64,000 nt of DNA from Candidatus Beckwithbacteria bacterium (GCA_026397255.1 JAPLVF010000013.1:85030-149029); one strand, 5' to 3'; counted from the stretch's first letter, positions 9,990 to 20,351 are shown. Numbers and translations are program-made. Notes: generated from the letters alone by a model not told the origin.

Positions 9990-10607
9990 ATGAAAATTTC
10001 TGCAATAGTGCCGGTTTTTAACGAAGAAAAAACCGTTAGCCGAATAATTAAAACTTTGCTGAAAAATAAATTCATCAACGAAGTTATTGTTGTCAATGAC
10101 GGATCGAGCGATTCGAGTCTAAAAATTCTTAAAAGTTTTAAGAAGAGAATTAAATTAATCGATTTAAAGAAAAATCACGGCAAGGGCAGGGCGATCGCCG
10201 AAGGCATTAAAAAAGCCCATGGGGAAATTGTGGTTTTTTTTGACGCGGACCTGACTAACTTAAACAATCAATACGTCAACCAATTAATTAAACCGCTGAT
10301 TAATAAAAAGTTCCGCGGGACTATCGGGATTTTAACCACCAAAAGTTACCTGCCCATCATTTTCCCGCCGCTGGCCGGGCTCAGAGCTTATTTTAGAAAA
10401 GATCTAATTGATCATTTTAAAGCAATCAGAAACAGCAAATATGGTGTCGAAGCTTTTTTCAATAAGTTATTCAAGGGGAAAGAGGTAAAAAAAGTCAGTT
10501 TAAGAGGTTTAAAATATTTGCGCAAAAATGAAAAACGCAGCAATAAAGAAGCGTTTAAAGAATACATCAAAATGTATAAGGAAATCGCTAAAGAAATGGT
10601 AAAATAG
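9990..10607 (+). CDS. Glycosyltransferase family 2
   Basis: IVPVFNEE, VVNDGSSD, NHGKGRA, FFDAD. Confidence 0.9.
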   Translation: MKISAIVPVFNEEKTVSRIIKTLLKNKFINEVIVVNDGSSDSSLKILKSFKKRIKLIDLKKNHGKGRAIAEGIKKAHGEIVVFFDADLTNLNNQYVNQLIKPLINKKFRGTIGILTTKSYLPIIFPPLAGLRAYFRKDLIDHFKAIRNSKYGVEAFFNKLFKGKEVKKVSLRGLKYLRKNEKRSNKEAFKEYIKMYKEIAKEMVK

Positions 10608-10612
10608 AGGGG

Positions 10613-10636
10613 CTTGCCCTGAACATCAGCGAAGGG
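10613..10636. repeat. Short REP-like palindromic element immediately upstream of tRNA-Glu
   Basis: CTTGCCCTGAACATCAGCGAAGGG, with CCCT...AGGG arms; GC-rich in an AT-rich context. Confidence 0.4.
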
Positions 10637-10706
10637 CCCCATCGTCTAACGGTTAGGACAGCAGATTCTCAATCTGTAAATTCGGGTTCGATTCCCGGTG
10701 GGGCCA
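10635..10706 (+). tRNA. tRNA-Glu (anticodon CTC)
   Basis: GGCCCCA/TGGGGCC acceptor stem, anticodon arm GCAGA-TTCTCAA-TCTGT, GGTTCGATTCC T-arm; CCA not encoded. Confidence 0.95.
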
Positions 10707-10797
10707 CAGTTTTAAATAAGGTTAGGTCATCTTTTATTCTCAATACTCTTCCCGAATTTTGGTCTAATGTATAATTAATCTGTTTAAACTCACGAAT

Positions 10798-11508
10798 ATG
10801 AGAAGATTATTAAAATTCATTGCTCCAAAAAGTTTTAACGATGGTCTCTCAAAATGTAATAATCTAGGAAAAAATCTAATAATAAAAAACAAAGTAAATA
10901 GATTTTTAGATCTTGGTTGTGCTGACGGTGAATTTACCCTAAAGTTCGCAAAAGTTTTACGGCCAGAAGAAATATATGGCGTAGAGATTGTTGATAAATA
11001 TTGCAATGAGGCTAAAAGGAAAGGAGTAAAGTGTGTAAAATTTGACTTAAATTCTAAATGGAAATTTGATAATAATTATTTTGATTTTATTTTATCCAGC
11101 CAAAACATTGAACATTTGCATAACACTAGACTTTACATGGAAGAATGCTATCGGTGCTTAAAAAAAGGAGGGCAATTATTAATACTAACTGAAAATTTAG
11201 CATCTTGGATTAATATTTGGTCGTTAATTTTTGGCTGGCAACCATTTTCAACAACTTTAATTAATGGTTGGAGTATTGGCAATCCATGTATTTGGCATTC
11301 TCAAAAACCTTCTAATAATACTGGCAAAACTAGCCACGTAAGAGTATTAGCCTTTAAGGGCTTAAAAGATATAATGCAACATATTGGTTTGAAAGATGTT
11401 CAAGTTTACTCCAGGGGTTATCTTCCATTCTGGGGAAAGCTATCAGATATTCTTTGTAGAGTTGATAAAAAACATGGACATTTTTTAATCGGAACAGGAA
11501 TAAAGTAA
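10798..11508 (+). CDS. Class I SAM-dependent methyltransferase (AT-rich)
   Basis: FLDLGCADG, YFDFILSSQNIEHL, LKKGGQL. Confidence 0.88.
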   Translation: MRRLLKFIAPKSFNDGLSKCNNLGKNLIIKNKVNRFLDLGCADGEFTLKFAKVLRPEEIYGVEIVDKYCNEAKRKGVKCVKFDLNSKWKFDNNYFDFILSSQNIEHLHNTRLYMEECYRCLKKGGQLLILTENLASWINIWSLIFGWQPFSTTLINGWSIGNPCIWHSQKPSNNTGKTSHVRVLAFKGLKDIMQHIGLKDVQVYSRGYLPFWGKLSDILCRVDKKHGHFLIGTGIK

Positions 11509-11599
11509 TATTATTCCTGATATATCCTTTTAAAATACTCTACCGAGGAGTTAGATATTCGCCCCTCCGGGCCACAAAATTATATTTATTAAATGTGTA

Positions 11600-11627
11600 T
11601 TGATTTTGGATTTCATAAGTATATAAT
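11600..11627 (+). promoter_or_regulatory. Putative sigma70 promoter of greA
   Basis: TTGATT-16 nt-TATAAT upstream of the greA leader. Confidence 0.5.
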
Positions 11628-11710
11628 TCACCTTTGTAACTTCAGTTTGCCCGGTGAGGTAAAACTTTAATAATCTCCTGAAACAGGGTGAAGTGAAGTT
11701 TTCTTTTTTT

Positions 11711-12172
11711 ATGCCGCAACAGGATTTTTATTTAACACCCGAAGGCTTAAAAGAGCTCAAAGAAGAGCTCAAGGTTTTAGTGGAAGAAAAAAAGCCGGCC
11801 CTACTGGAAAGAGTGGCGACCGCCAGGTCCCATGGTGATTTATCAGAAAACAGCGAATATGCTGCGGCCAGAGAAGATTTGGCGTTTGTGGAAGGCAGAA
11901 TTGAAGAAATTGAAACTTTGGTCGTTAAAGCCAAAATAATTAAAAGTAAAAAAACTGACGAAGTTAAATTGGGCAGTCTGGTGACAGTGAAAACCAATGG
12001 ATCAACTCAGACTTTTGAGCTGGTGGGCGAATGGGAAGCCGACCCATTGAAGCAGAAAATTTCCCACACTTCGCCTTTAGGCCAAGCGCTTTTAGGCAAG
12101 AAAAAAGGCGATAAAGTGGAAATTAAAGCCCCGGCCGGAAAAGTTATTTACCAAATTCACAAAATCGAATAA
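11711..12172 (+). CDS. greA: Transcription elongation factor GreA
   Basis: YLTPEG, ARSHGDLSENSEY, ISHTSPLGQALLG. Confidence 0.96.
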   Translation: MPQQDFYLTPEGLKELKEELKVLVEEKKPALLERVATARSHGDLSENSEYAAAREDLAFVEGRIEEIETLVVKAKIIKSKKTDEVKLGSLVTVKTNGSTQTFELVGEWEADPLKQKISHTSPLGQALLGKKKGDKVEIKAPAGKVIYQIHKIE

Positions 12173-12204
12173 CTCCTCAAGGTTTTTGTTATATACTTAA
12201 AGAT

Positions 12205-14391
12205 ATGTTTTGGGCAGATGAATTGGCTGACGAAATCATTAAATCAGGGAAATATAAACCTTATCATGTTGATGACATGAAAACGCCTTCGGGCAAAATT
12301 CATGTCGGTGCCTTAAGAGGGGTAGTGGTCCACGACTTAATTTACCAAGCTTTGCTCAAACGAAAAGTTAAAGCCAGCTATAGCTGGGTATTTAACGACA
12401 TGGATCCAATGGATGCTTTCCCTTATTACTTAGCACCGGAATTTAAACAACAGATGGGAAAACCCTTATGTCAAATCCCCTCGCCGGAACCAGGATATCA
12501 GTCTTTGGCAGAAGGTTATGCCAAACAGTTTATTAAAGTCTTTAATGATTTGGGGGTGAAGCCGGAAATTATCTGGTCAAGCCAGTTTTACCGGCAGGGG
12601 AAATTTAATGAGATTATCCGGCAGGCTTTGGATAAGGTCGAAAAAATCAGACAGCTTTATCACGAAATTTCCGGCTACGACAAACCGAAAAATTGGTACC
12701 CTTACCAAGTAATTTGCCCTAAATGCGGCAAAATCGGGTCAACGATGGTGACTGACTGGGACGGCAAAATGGTCAGTTTTGAGTGTAAAAAGGATTTGGT
12801 CACCTGGGCAACTGGCTGCGGCTTTAAAGGCAAAATTGAACCGATTAATGCCAACGGCAAACTGATGTGGAAAGTGGATTGGGCCGCCCACTGGAAAGTG
12901 ATCGGGGTGACGATTGAGGGCGCCGGTAAAGATCATATGAGTAAAGGCGGTTCGCACGATTTATCCTCAGTCATCTGTGAACAGGTATTTAACTATCCCT
13001 CTCCGTTTGCTTTTAGCTATGAATGGTTTTTGGCTAAGGGCGGAGCAAAAATGTCGTCTTCCAAGGGTGTGGGGGTGTCGGCGGTAGAAATCAGCCAAAC
13101 ACTGCCGCCGGAAATTTTAAAATTTTTAATGGTAAAAACCAATTACCGGCGGGCAATTATTTTTGATCCGGCAAATAATGAAACAATTTTAAAATTGTTT
13201 GATGATTATGATGCCACCTTACCTCACAAAAATTTGCCCAGATTCAGAGATGTGGTTCAATATCTGCAGGACCCAAAAATTGATTTGAAAAAACAGTTTG
13301 CAAAAGCCAACAAAAAAGAATTGGAAAAACGAATTAAATATGGCAAAATCTGGCTGGATAAATATGCACCCGAAGAACAAGTTTTTCAAACAACTAAAGA
13401 AATTCCTGAATTTGTCGGGACTTTTACAAATACACAGCGTGAGATATTAACCAAAGCACATATTATCGCAATAGAAGCTAAATCACCTGAGGAGATTCAG
13501 CAAAAAATTTATGAGGAAGCTAAAACAATTGGGTTATCAACCAGTAAAGCGTTTGGAACAATTTACCAAGCAACAATAGGAAAAGATTATGGACCAAAAG
13601 CCGGATGGTTACTTTTTAACAATCAGCAAGCAATTAAAAGATTGGATGAAGCGGCTAAATTTAAACCAGCAGAAATCAAGTCAACAAAAACTGATTTAAT
13701 TAAATTAAGTCCGGAGTTTGTGAAAAAATACCCTTCGGCCAGTGTTGGGTTTGCTTTAATTAAGGGTGTTAAAATCGGGAAAATAAATACTGAGCTGGAA
13801 AAAGAAAAACAAGACTTTTTAAAAACAGTCAACGGCTTAACCACGGAGGCCTTGAATCAATCTCCGGAAATCCTGAGTTATCGAAAAATGTATAAACAAA
13901 TGGGGGTAGATTGGCACTCAAAACGGCCCAGCCCGGAAGCACTTTTAAGACGAATTGCCACCGGTAAAGGCTTATATAACCCGATTAATGTCATTGTCGA
14001 TGCCTATAATTTGATCGTTATGAAAAATAAAGTTTCCTGCGGGGCTTTTGATAGCGATAAAATTAAATTTCCCAGTGTGGTTCAAATAGCTCAGGGAGGG
14101 GAAACAGCTTTATTTCTCGGAGATAATCAACCAACGGTTTTAAAACCCGGCGAAGTTTGTTATTTTGACCAATTAGGGCCTTATAACATGGATTATAATT
14201 ATCGGGATGCTACCAGAGCGTTAGCCACGGAAAAAACCAAAAATGTTTGGGTTAACGTTGACGGCATATATGAAATTACACCGGATAAAGTTCAAAAAAC
14301 AGTGGAAGAAACAATCGCAATTATTATTAAATACTGCGGAGGCCAGGTGCTAGAAAAAGGCATCCTGGTGGCTAATGATCAAACGCGATGA
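12205..14391 (+). CDS. lysS: Class I lysyl-tRNA synthetase with a C-terminal B3/B4-like domain
   Basis: MFWADE, PSGKIHVG (HIGH-like), KMSSSKG; C-terminal ~220 aa RPSPEALLRR...INVIVDAYN...GAFDSD. Confidence 0.92.
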   Translation: MFWADELADEIIKSGKYKPYHVDDMKTPSGKIHVGALRGVVVHDLIYQALLKRKVKASYSWVFNDMDPMDAFPYYLAPEFKQQMGKPLCQIPSPEPGYQSLAEGYAKQFIKVFNDLGVKPEIIWSSQFYRQGKFNEIIRQALDKVEKIRQLYHEISGYDKPKNWYPYQVICPKCGKIGSTMVTDWDGKMVSFECKKDLVTWATGCGFKGKIEPINANGKLMWKVDWAAHWKVIGVTIEGAGKDHMSKGGSHDLSSVICEQVFNYPSPFAFSYEWFLAKGGAKMSSSKGVGVSAVEISQTLPPEILKFLMVKTNYRRAIIFDPANNETILKLFDDYDATLPHKNLPRFRDVVQYLQDPKIDLKKQFAKANKKELEKRIKYGKIWLDKYAPEEQVFQTTKEIPEFVGTFTNTQREILTKAHIIAIEAKSPEEIQQKIYEEAKTIGLSTSKAFGTIYQATIGKDYGPKAGWLLFNNQQAIKRLDEAAKFKPAEIKSTKTDLIKLSPEFVKKYPSASVGFALIKGVKIGKINTELEKEKQDFLKTVNGLTTEALNQSPEILSYRKMYKQMGVDWHSKRPSPEALLRRIATGKGLYNPINVIVDAYNLIVMKNKVSCGAFDSDKIKFPSVVQIAQGGETALFLGDNQPTVLKPGEVCYFDQLGPYNMDYNYRDATRALATEKTKNVWVNVDGIYEITPDKVQKTVEETIAIIIKYCGGQVLEKGILVANDQTR

Positions 14392-15151
14392 ATTAATTAA
14401 ATTTGTTTATCAAACGATTGGCGAAGAACTAATCCAAAAAGCGCTGATTAAAGACGAGGTGGCCAACGGCGTGCAGTTTTTGGGCAGTGAAGAAATAAAT
14501 AAAGTGGCTTTAGGGGTCAGCTGCAATGAAGAGTTTTTGCTAGGGGCGGTAAAAGCCGGAGCGAATTTCTGTATTTTCCACCACGGGCTGGATACCCGAG
14601 TTTGGAAATCCCGTTTTCCTTTGTTTGCTCAAAAAAGATTAAAAGTTGTTATCGAAAATAAACTAACAATAATGGGGTTACATTACTCTTTAGACAGCCA
14701 TCCGAAAATCGGCAATAATGCCACTATAATTCGTTTGCTGGGGGCAGAAATTAAAGAAACTTTATTTGAAGAATGGGGCTATACAGCCACTTTTAATCAA
14801 CCACAAGACATTAAAGGATTGTTGGATAAATGCCAAAAATTATTTAATCATAAGGTTTTTAGCGTCCTGGCCGGGCCAAGCAAAGTGACAACAATAGGCG
14901 TAGTTTCCGGGGCCGGAAAACCAGATATGGCAGAGTTGGCAGAAATAGAAAGTAAAGGGGTCCAATTATATATTTCCGGAGAAACCAGCGAGTGGATTGT
15001 TCATCAAATAAAAGAGTCGGAAATCAATTATTTTTGCGGCGGACATTACGCGACCGAAGTTTTCGGGGTAAAAGAACTAGCTAAAAAAATTAAAGAAAAT
15101 TACCAAAATAAACTGGAAGTGGAATTTATCGACATTCCTAATGAAATATGA
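14375..15151 (+). CDS. Nif3-like dinuclear metal centre protein
   Basis: NGVQF, FHHG, HYSLDSH...GNN, GHYATE. Confidence 0.9.
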   Translation: MIKRDELIKFVYQTIGEELIQKALIKDEVANGVQFLGSEEINKVALGVSCNEEFLLGAVKAGANFCIFHHGLDTRVWKSRFPLFAQKRLKVVIENKLTIMGLHYSLDSHPKIGNNATIIRLLGAEIKETLFEEWGYTATFNQPQDIKGLLDKCQKLFNHKVFSVLAGPSKVTTIGVVSGAGKPDMAELAEIESKGVQLYISGETSEWIVHQIKESEINYFCGGHYATEVFGVKELAKKIKENYQNKLEVEFIDIPNEI

Positions 15152-15720
15152 TTTCCAGAGAAGAAGTTTTAGTTTTAATCAGAAAATACATTAAGACAGA
15201 AAATACAATCAAGCACATGTTGGCCACGGAAGCGATTATGCGGGCGTTGGCGAGAAAATTTGAGCCGGAAAAAGAAGATATTTGGGGAATGGCTGGTTTA
15301 ATCCATGATTTGGATTACGAAGTGATTAAGGATAAGGAAAAAGAGCACGGCAAAAAAACCGTGGAGATTTTAAAACAGGAGAAAGTGGATTTACCGGAAG
15401 AAGTCTACGCGACAATTTTAGCCCATTGCTGTAATCTTTATCCGGAATATCAGCCGAAAAATAAAATGGAGTGGAGTTTATTCATCAGCGATTCTTTAAC
15501 CGGTTTAATCACCGCCACAACTTTAGTCCGGCCTGACCGAAAACTAGCCAGTGTAGAAGTAAAATCAGTCATGAAAAAGTTTAAACAAGCGGCATTTGCT
15601 GCCGGAACCAGAAGAGAAGAAATTGCTCTCTGTGAAGAAAAATTAGGCATTCCCCTGGCCGAATTTGTCGAGTTAAGCCTTAAAGCCATGCAGGCAATTA
15701 GCAATGATTTAGGGTTATAA
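15148..15720 (+). CDS. HD-domain phosphohydrolase
   Basis: KHMLATE, GLIHDLDYE, KKFKQAAFAAG. Confidence 0.88.
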   Translation: MISREEVLVLIRKYIKTENTIKHMLATEAIMRALARKFEPEKEDIWGMAGLIHDLDYEVIKDKEKEHGKKTVEILKQEKVDLPEEVYATILAHCCNLYPEYQPKNKMEWSLFISDSLTGLITATTLVRPDRKLASVEVKSVMKKFKQAAFAAGTRREEIALCEEKLGIPLAEFVELSLKAMQAISNDLGL

Positions 15721-15727
15721 TTTCACT

Positions 15728-16972
15728 ATGTTAGATATTCAATTCATTAGAGACCATCCGGATAAAGTTAAAGAGTCGACGACAAATAAAAACTACGACC
15801 CGAAAATCGTGGATGAAGTGTTGAAAGTAGATAAAACCAGGCGGGAGTGGCTGCAAAAAATTGAAAGCTTAAGAGCTGAGCGTAATCAATTGACCAAGGA
15901 AGGAAAACCCCACTCCGCCAAGGCTACGCGGGGCAAGGAGATTAAAAAAGAACTAAAAAAGCTTGAGCCAGAATTAAAAGAAGCCGAAATAAAATTTAAA
16001 GATAAATTAAATCAAATCCCTAATTTATGTTCGGCTAAAGCGCCGGTCGGCAAAAGCGAAAAAGACAATAAAGAGGTAAAAAAGTGGGGTGAAGTGAAAA
16101 AATTCAATTTTCCAGTAAAGGATCATTTGGAGTTAGGGAAAAATTTAGGAATTTTGGATTTTGAGACCGGGGCAAAAGTGGCCGGTTCACAATTTTATTT
16201 TCTTTATGGAGACGGAGCAAGATTGGAGCTAGCTTTGATTCAATATGCTTTTGATTTACTGTCCAAAGAAGGGTTTTTACCGGTTATTACCCCAGACTTG
16301 GCCAAAAGCAGATATTATTTAGGCACAGGCTATATCCCCAAAGGCAAAGAGGCACAAACCTATGAAATAAAAGACCAAGATTTAGGGTTAATTGCTACGG
16401 CTGAAGTCACTTTAGCCGGAAAACACAGCGATGAGGTGATTTTGGAAAATAAACTGCCTTTAAAATATATCGGTTATTCGCATTGTTTTAGGCAGGAACA
16501 AGGTGCTTACGGCAAATACTCTAAAGGCCTTTACCGCGTCCACCAGTTTACTAAAGCGGAAATGTTTATTTACTGTAAACCGGAAGATTCGGATAAATAC
16601 CATGAATATTTGCTGACAATGGAGGAAAAAATCTACCAGGGATTAGGGCTACCCTACCGAATAGTGGAAATGTGCACCGGCGACTTGGGGGCAATGGCTG
16701 CAAGAAAACTGGACATTGAAGCTTGGATGCCCAGCCGCAATGAATACGGCGAAGTCACTTCCACCTCCAACTGCACTGATTATCAAGCCCGCAACTTAAA
16801 TATTAAGTTTAAAGGTAAAGAAAAAAATGAATATGTCCATATGTTAAACGGAACGGCGATCGCTACCTCCAGAACGCCGTTGGCAATTTTGGAAAACTAC
16901 CAAACGAAAGCTGGATACGTGGAAATACCTAAAGTTTTACAAAAATATATGGGTAAAAATGAAATTTCTTAA
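15728..16972 (+). CDS. serS: Seryl-tRNA synthetase
   Basis: MLDIQFIR, ATAEV, GLYRVHQF, SNCTDYQAR, LNGT. Confidence 0.97.
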   Translation: MLDIQFIRDHPDKVKESTTNKNYDPKIVDEVLKVDKTRREWLQKIESLRAERNQLTKEGKPHSAKATRGKEIKKELKKLEPELKEAEIKFKDKLNQIPNLCSAKAPVGKSEKDNKEVKKWGEVKKFNFPVKDHLELGKNLGILDFETGAKVAGSQFYFLYGDGARLELALIQYAFDLLSKEGFLPVITPDLAKSRYYLGTGYIPKGKEAQTYEIKDQDLGLIATAEVTLAGKHSDEVILENKLPLKYIGYSHCFRQEQGAYGKYSKGLYRVHQFTKAEMFIYCKPEDSDKYHEYLLTMEEKIYQGLGLPYRIVEMCTGDLGAMAARKLDIEAWMPSRNEYGEVTSTSNCTDYQARNLNIKFKGKEKNEYVHMLNGTAIATSRTPLAILENYQTKAGYVEIPKVLQKYMGKNEIS

Positions 16973-17612
16973 AAATTTATTCCCCCATTTAATTAAAGAC
17001 TATCACTTGCCGATTAACGGATTAATTGAAGTGGTGATGGCTCTAAACAGGCCAAGGTTAATGATCGGCGGCATGATCCAATCCGGCGGATTAGTCCGGG
17101 CGATTTGGGAAAAAGCCCTAAAAAATCTAAAAAATATCCAAAAGAAAATTGATAATGTTTTAATCATTGGTTTGGGTTGCGGCGATTGCGCTTTTGAGGT
17201 GCAAAAATATTATCCGGAGGCCCAGATGAAAGGCTTAGAAATTGACGATAAAGTCGTCGAAGCGGCCCAATGTTATTTTAATCTAGCCACTGTCAAAAAT
17301 CTAAAAATTAGCATTGAAGATGGAGCCAAATATTTAACTAAAATCGTCAAACAAAAAAATAAAATTAAGTTCGATTTGGTCATCATTGATGCTTACTTAG
17401 GGAAAACCATGCCGAAAAATTTCAGAACCAAGATATTTTTTACCCAACTCAAGAAAATATTAGCCACTAACGGGGTAGTAATTTATAATCATTTGTTTTT
17501 TGGAGAACATAAAAATCAGGCGAAAATTTTTATCAAAGAACTAGAAAATATTTTCCGCAAGATTACTTTACTAAGGACCGCTAGCAACCTGTTGATTTTC
17601 GGCTGGCAATAA
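16959..17612 (+). CDS. Spermidine-synthase-like SAM-dependent methyltransferase
   Basis: VLIIGLGCG, EIDDKVVE, EDGAKY, FDLVIIDAY. Confidence 0.8.
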   Translation: MKFLKNLFPHLIKDYHLPINGLIEVVMALNRPRLMIGGMIQSGGLVRAIWEKALKNLKNIQKKIDNVLIIGLGCGDCAFEVQKYYPEAQMKGLEIDDKVVEAAQCYFNLATVKNLKISIEDGAKYLTKIVKQKNKIKFDLVIIDAYLGKTMPKNFRTKIFFTQLKKILATNGVVIYNHLFFGEHKNQAKIFIKELENIFRKITLLRTASNLLIFGWQ

Positions 17613-17621
17613 ACATAAAGA

Positions 17622-20351
17622 ATGTTTAAATTTTTAAGCAAGCTTTTTGATACCAATAAAAAGGAGTTAAAAAAACTTAGAGTTTTGGTGGAAAAAATCA
17701 ATAACTTATCCAGCCAAGTTCAAAAGTATAAATTAACGGAATTTAAACAAAAAACAACGGAGTTAAAAAAAAGACTGGCCAAGGGAGAAACCCTAGACAG
17801 TTTGATGCCGGAAGCTTTTGCTCTGGCCCGGGAAGCGGCAGACAGAACCATAAATTTAAGGCCATTTGACGAACAATTGATGGCGGCAATTTGTTTTCAC
17901 GAGGGTAAAATTGCGGAACAAAAAACCGGAGAAGGCAAGACTCTATCGGCCGTTCCGGCTTTGTATTTAAACGCCTTAACCCAAAAAAGTTGTCACTTAG
18001 TCACGGTCAACGATTATTTAGCCCGCCGCGACGCCGGCTGGAATGGACCGGTTTTTAACCTTTTAGGAGTATCGGTGGGAGTAATTATTCACGAAAAAGC
18101 GTTCATTTTTGATCCGGATTTTACCGACGATTCCGTAGATGATCTTAAATTAAAACATTTAAAAGAAGTCAGCCGCCAAGATGCTTATAAGGCGGATATT
18201 ACTTACGGCACCAATAATGAATTTGGTTTTGATTATTTAAAAGACAACATGGTGCAAAGCCTGGACCAAATGGCCCAGCGCGGACACTATTTTGCCATTG
18301 TTGACGAAGTGGATTCAATTTTAATTGATGAAGCCAGAACGCCGTTAATTATTTCGGCGCCGGATACCGAACCGACGCAGAAATACTACCAATTTAGCGC
18401 TTTAGTAGCGAGCTTATCGAAAGACATGGATTATGAAAGTGACGAAAAACACAAAACCGTTAATTTAACCGAGCATGGGATTAAAAAAATCGAGAAAAAA
18501 CTGGGAGTGGAAAATTTGTATGAAAAAGATTTTGAAACCATTCATCATCTGGAACAAGCTTTAAAAGCCCGCGAACATTTCCAACGGGATAAAGATTATG
18601 TGGTCAAAGACGACGAAGTAATTATTGTGGATGAGTTTACCGGCAGATTGATGTTCGGCCGGAGATTTTCCGAAGGATTACATCAGGCAATCGAGGCCAA
18701 AGAAAATGTCACCATTAAGCAAGAATCAAAAACCCTGGCAACGATTTCATTCCAAAATTATTTTAGGATGTACGAAAAATTGGCCGGCATGACCGGAACG
18801 GCGGCAACCGAGGCGGAAGAATTTAAAAAAATTTACAATCTGGAAACGGTGGTGATTCCGACGCACATGCTGATGATAAGGAAAGATTTTCCGGACATGG
18901 TGTATAAAACTACCAGAGCAAAATACGCAGCAATCGTGGCCGAGATTAACGAACGGCACGCCAAAGGCCAACCGATATTAATCGGGACAACTTCGATTGA
19001 AAAAAATCAAATTATTGATGAATTTTTAAAACGTAAAAAAATCCCCCACCAGATTTTAAACGCCAAAAATCATGAAAAAGAAGCCAGTATTATTGCCCAA
19101 GCCGGTAGTGTCGGGGTAGTAACGGTAGCCACCAATATGGCCGGCCGGGGCGTGGATATTGTTCTGGGCGGCGACCCCAGCGGCCATAAAGATAAAAAGG
19201 CGTGGCAGAAGGCTCATAATGAAGTGGTTAAATTTGGCGGTTTACACGTTATCGGCGTGGAGCGGCATGAATCACGACGGATCGATAATCAGCTTAGGGG
19301 TCGGTCAGGCCGGCAAGGCGATCCTGGGTCTTCCAGGTTTTATGTGTCTTTGGAAGATGATATTATGCGGATTTTCGGCGGCGAACAAATTTCTAGGTTG
19401 ATGACGACTTTAAAAATGCCGGAAGACGTTCCCCTGGAGCACCCGATGGTATCCAAAGCGATTGAACAAGCTCAGGTCAAAGTAGAAAGTTTTTACTTTG
19501 ACTCAAGAAAAAATCTGGTCGAATACGACGACGTGATGAATAAACAGAGAGAAATTATCTATAAAAAACGAAAACAAATTATCGAGGAAGAAAATTTAAA
19601 AGAAAAAATGATCGGTCTTGTCAATAAAGAAGTTGACGATTTGGTAGTAAAAAATACGAACCCTGTAACTCGCGAATTAGACACAGAGAACTTGGCTAAA
19701 GATTTAGTTCTAATTATCCCCTTTGACCCAGATTCGCAAAAACGAATCCAAAAACAACTGGAAAAACAGCCGGAAGATTTAAAACAAATTGTTGCCAAAA
19801 CCTATGAACAAAGAGAGACGCAGTTAACTCCTTCATTAATGAGGCAAGTGGAAAAATTAATGATGCTGAATACCATCGATCACCTGTGGATTGACCACCT
19901 GGACGCCATTGACGATTTACGGGAAGGGATTGGCTTGCGGGGTTACGGCCAAAGAGATCCGCTGGTGGAGTACAAAGGCGAAGCATTTACGATGTTTGAG
20001 CGGTTGGTTAAAACGATTGATTTTGAAGTGGCTAGGCGCATTTTTAGAGTTCAAGTCATGGAGCAACCCCGGCCACAACCGATGACTCAAGCCCAAGAAA
20101 CAAAACCGGATTTACCTAAACCGTCTGCTCCAATAACCCCAACTTCGGCTTTTGCGAGCGCCTTTGCCAAAGCCGGCCAAAATTCACCTGCAAGGAGAGA
20201 ACCTGTAGGTACGAATCCCCCTTCGCCAGAGGCTTCGGAGGGACGCAAGCGAAAATTGGGCCGGAATGATCCCTGCTGGTGCGGTAAAATTGACGCCAAC
20301 GGCAAACCGGTCAAGTGGAAGAAGTGCCATTATCCCCAACAAGCACAGTAA
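17622..20351 (+). CDS. secA: Preprotein translocase subunit SecA
   Basis: KTGEGKT, VDEVDSILIDEARTPLIIS, RRIDNQLRGRSGRQGDPG, GRNDPC. Confidence 0.98.
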   Translation: MFKFLSKLFDTNKKELKKLRVLVEKINNLSSQVQKYKLTEFKQKTTELKKRLAKGETLDSLMPEAFALAREAADRTINLRPFDEQLMAAICFHEGKIAEQKTGEGKTLSAVPALYLNALTQKSCHLVTVNDYLARRDAGWNGPVFNLLGVSVGVIIHEKAFIFDPDFTDDSVDDLKLKHLKEVSRQDAYKADITYGTNNEFGFDYLKDNMVQSLDQMAQRGHYFAIVDEVDSILIDEARTPLIISAPDTEPTQKYYQFSALVASLSKDMDYESDEKHKTVNLTEHGIKKIEKKLGVENLYEKDFETIHHLEQALKAREHFQRDKDYVVKDDEVIIVDEFTGRLMFGRRFSEGLHQAIEAKENVTIKQESKTLATISFQNYFRMYEKLAGMTGTAATEAEEFKKIYNLETVVIPTHMLMIRKDFPDMVYKTTRAKYAAIVAEINERHAKGQPILIGTTSIEKNQIIDEFLKRKKIPHQILNAKNHEKEASIIAQAGSVGVVTVATNMAGRGVDIVLGGDPSGHKDKKAWQKAHNEVVKFGGLHVIGVERHESRRIDNQLRGRSGRQGDPGSSRFYVSLEDDIMRIFGGEQISRLMTTLKMPEDVPLEHPMVSKAIEQAQVKVESFYFDSRKNLVEYDDVMNKQREIIYKKRKQIIEEENLKEKMIGLVNKEVDDLVVKNTNPVTRELDTENLAKDLVLIIPFDPDSQKRIQKQLEKQPEDLKQIVAKTYEQRETQLTPSLMRQVEKLMMLNTIDHLWIDHLDAIDDLREGIGLRGYGQRDPLVEYKGEAFTMFERLVKTIDFEVARRIFRVQVMEQPRPQPMTQAQETKPDLPKPSAPITPTSAFASAFAKAGQNSPARREPVGTNPPSPEASEGRKRKLGRNDPCWCGKIDANGKPVKWKKCHYPQQAQ

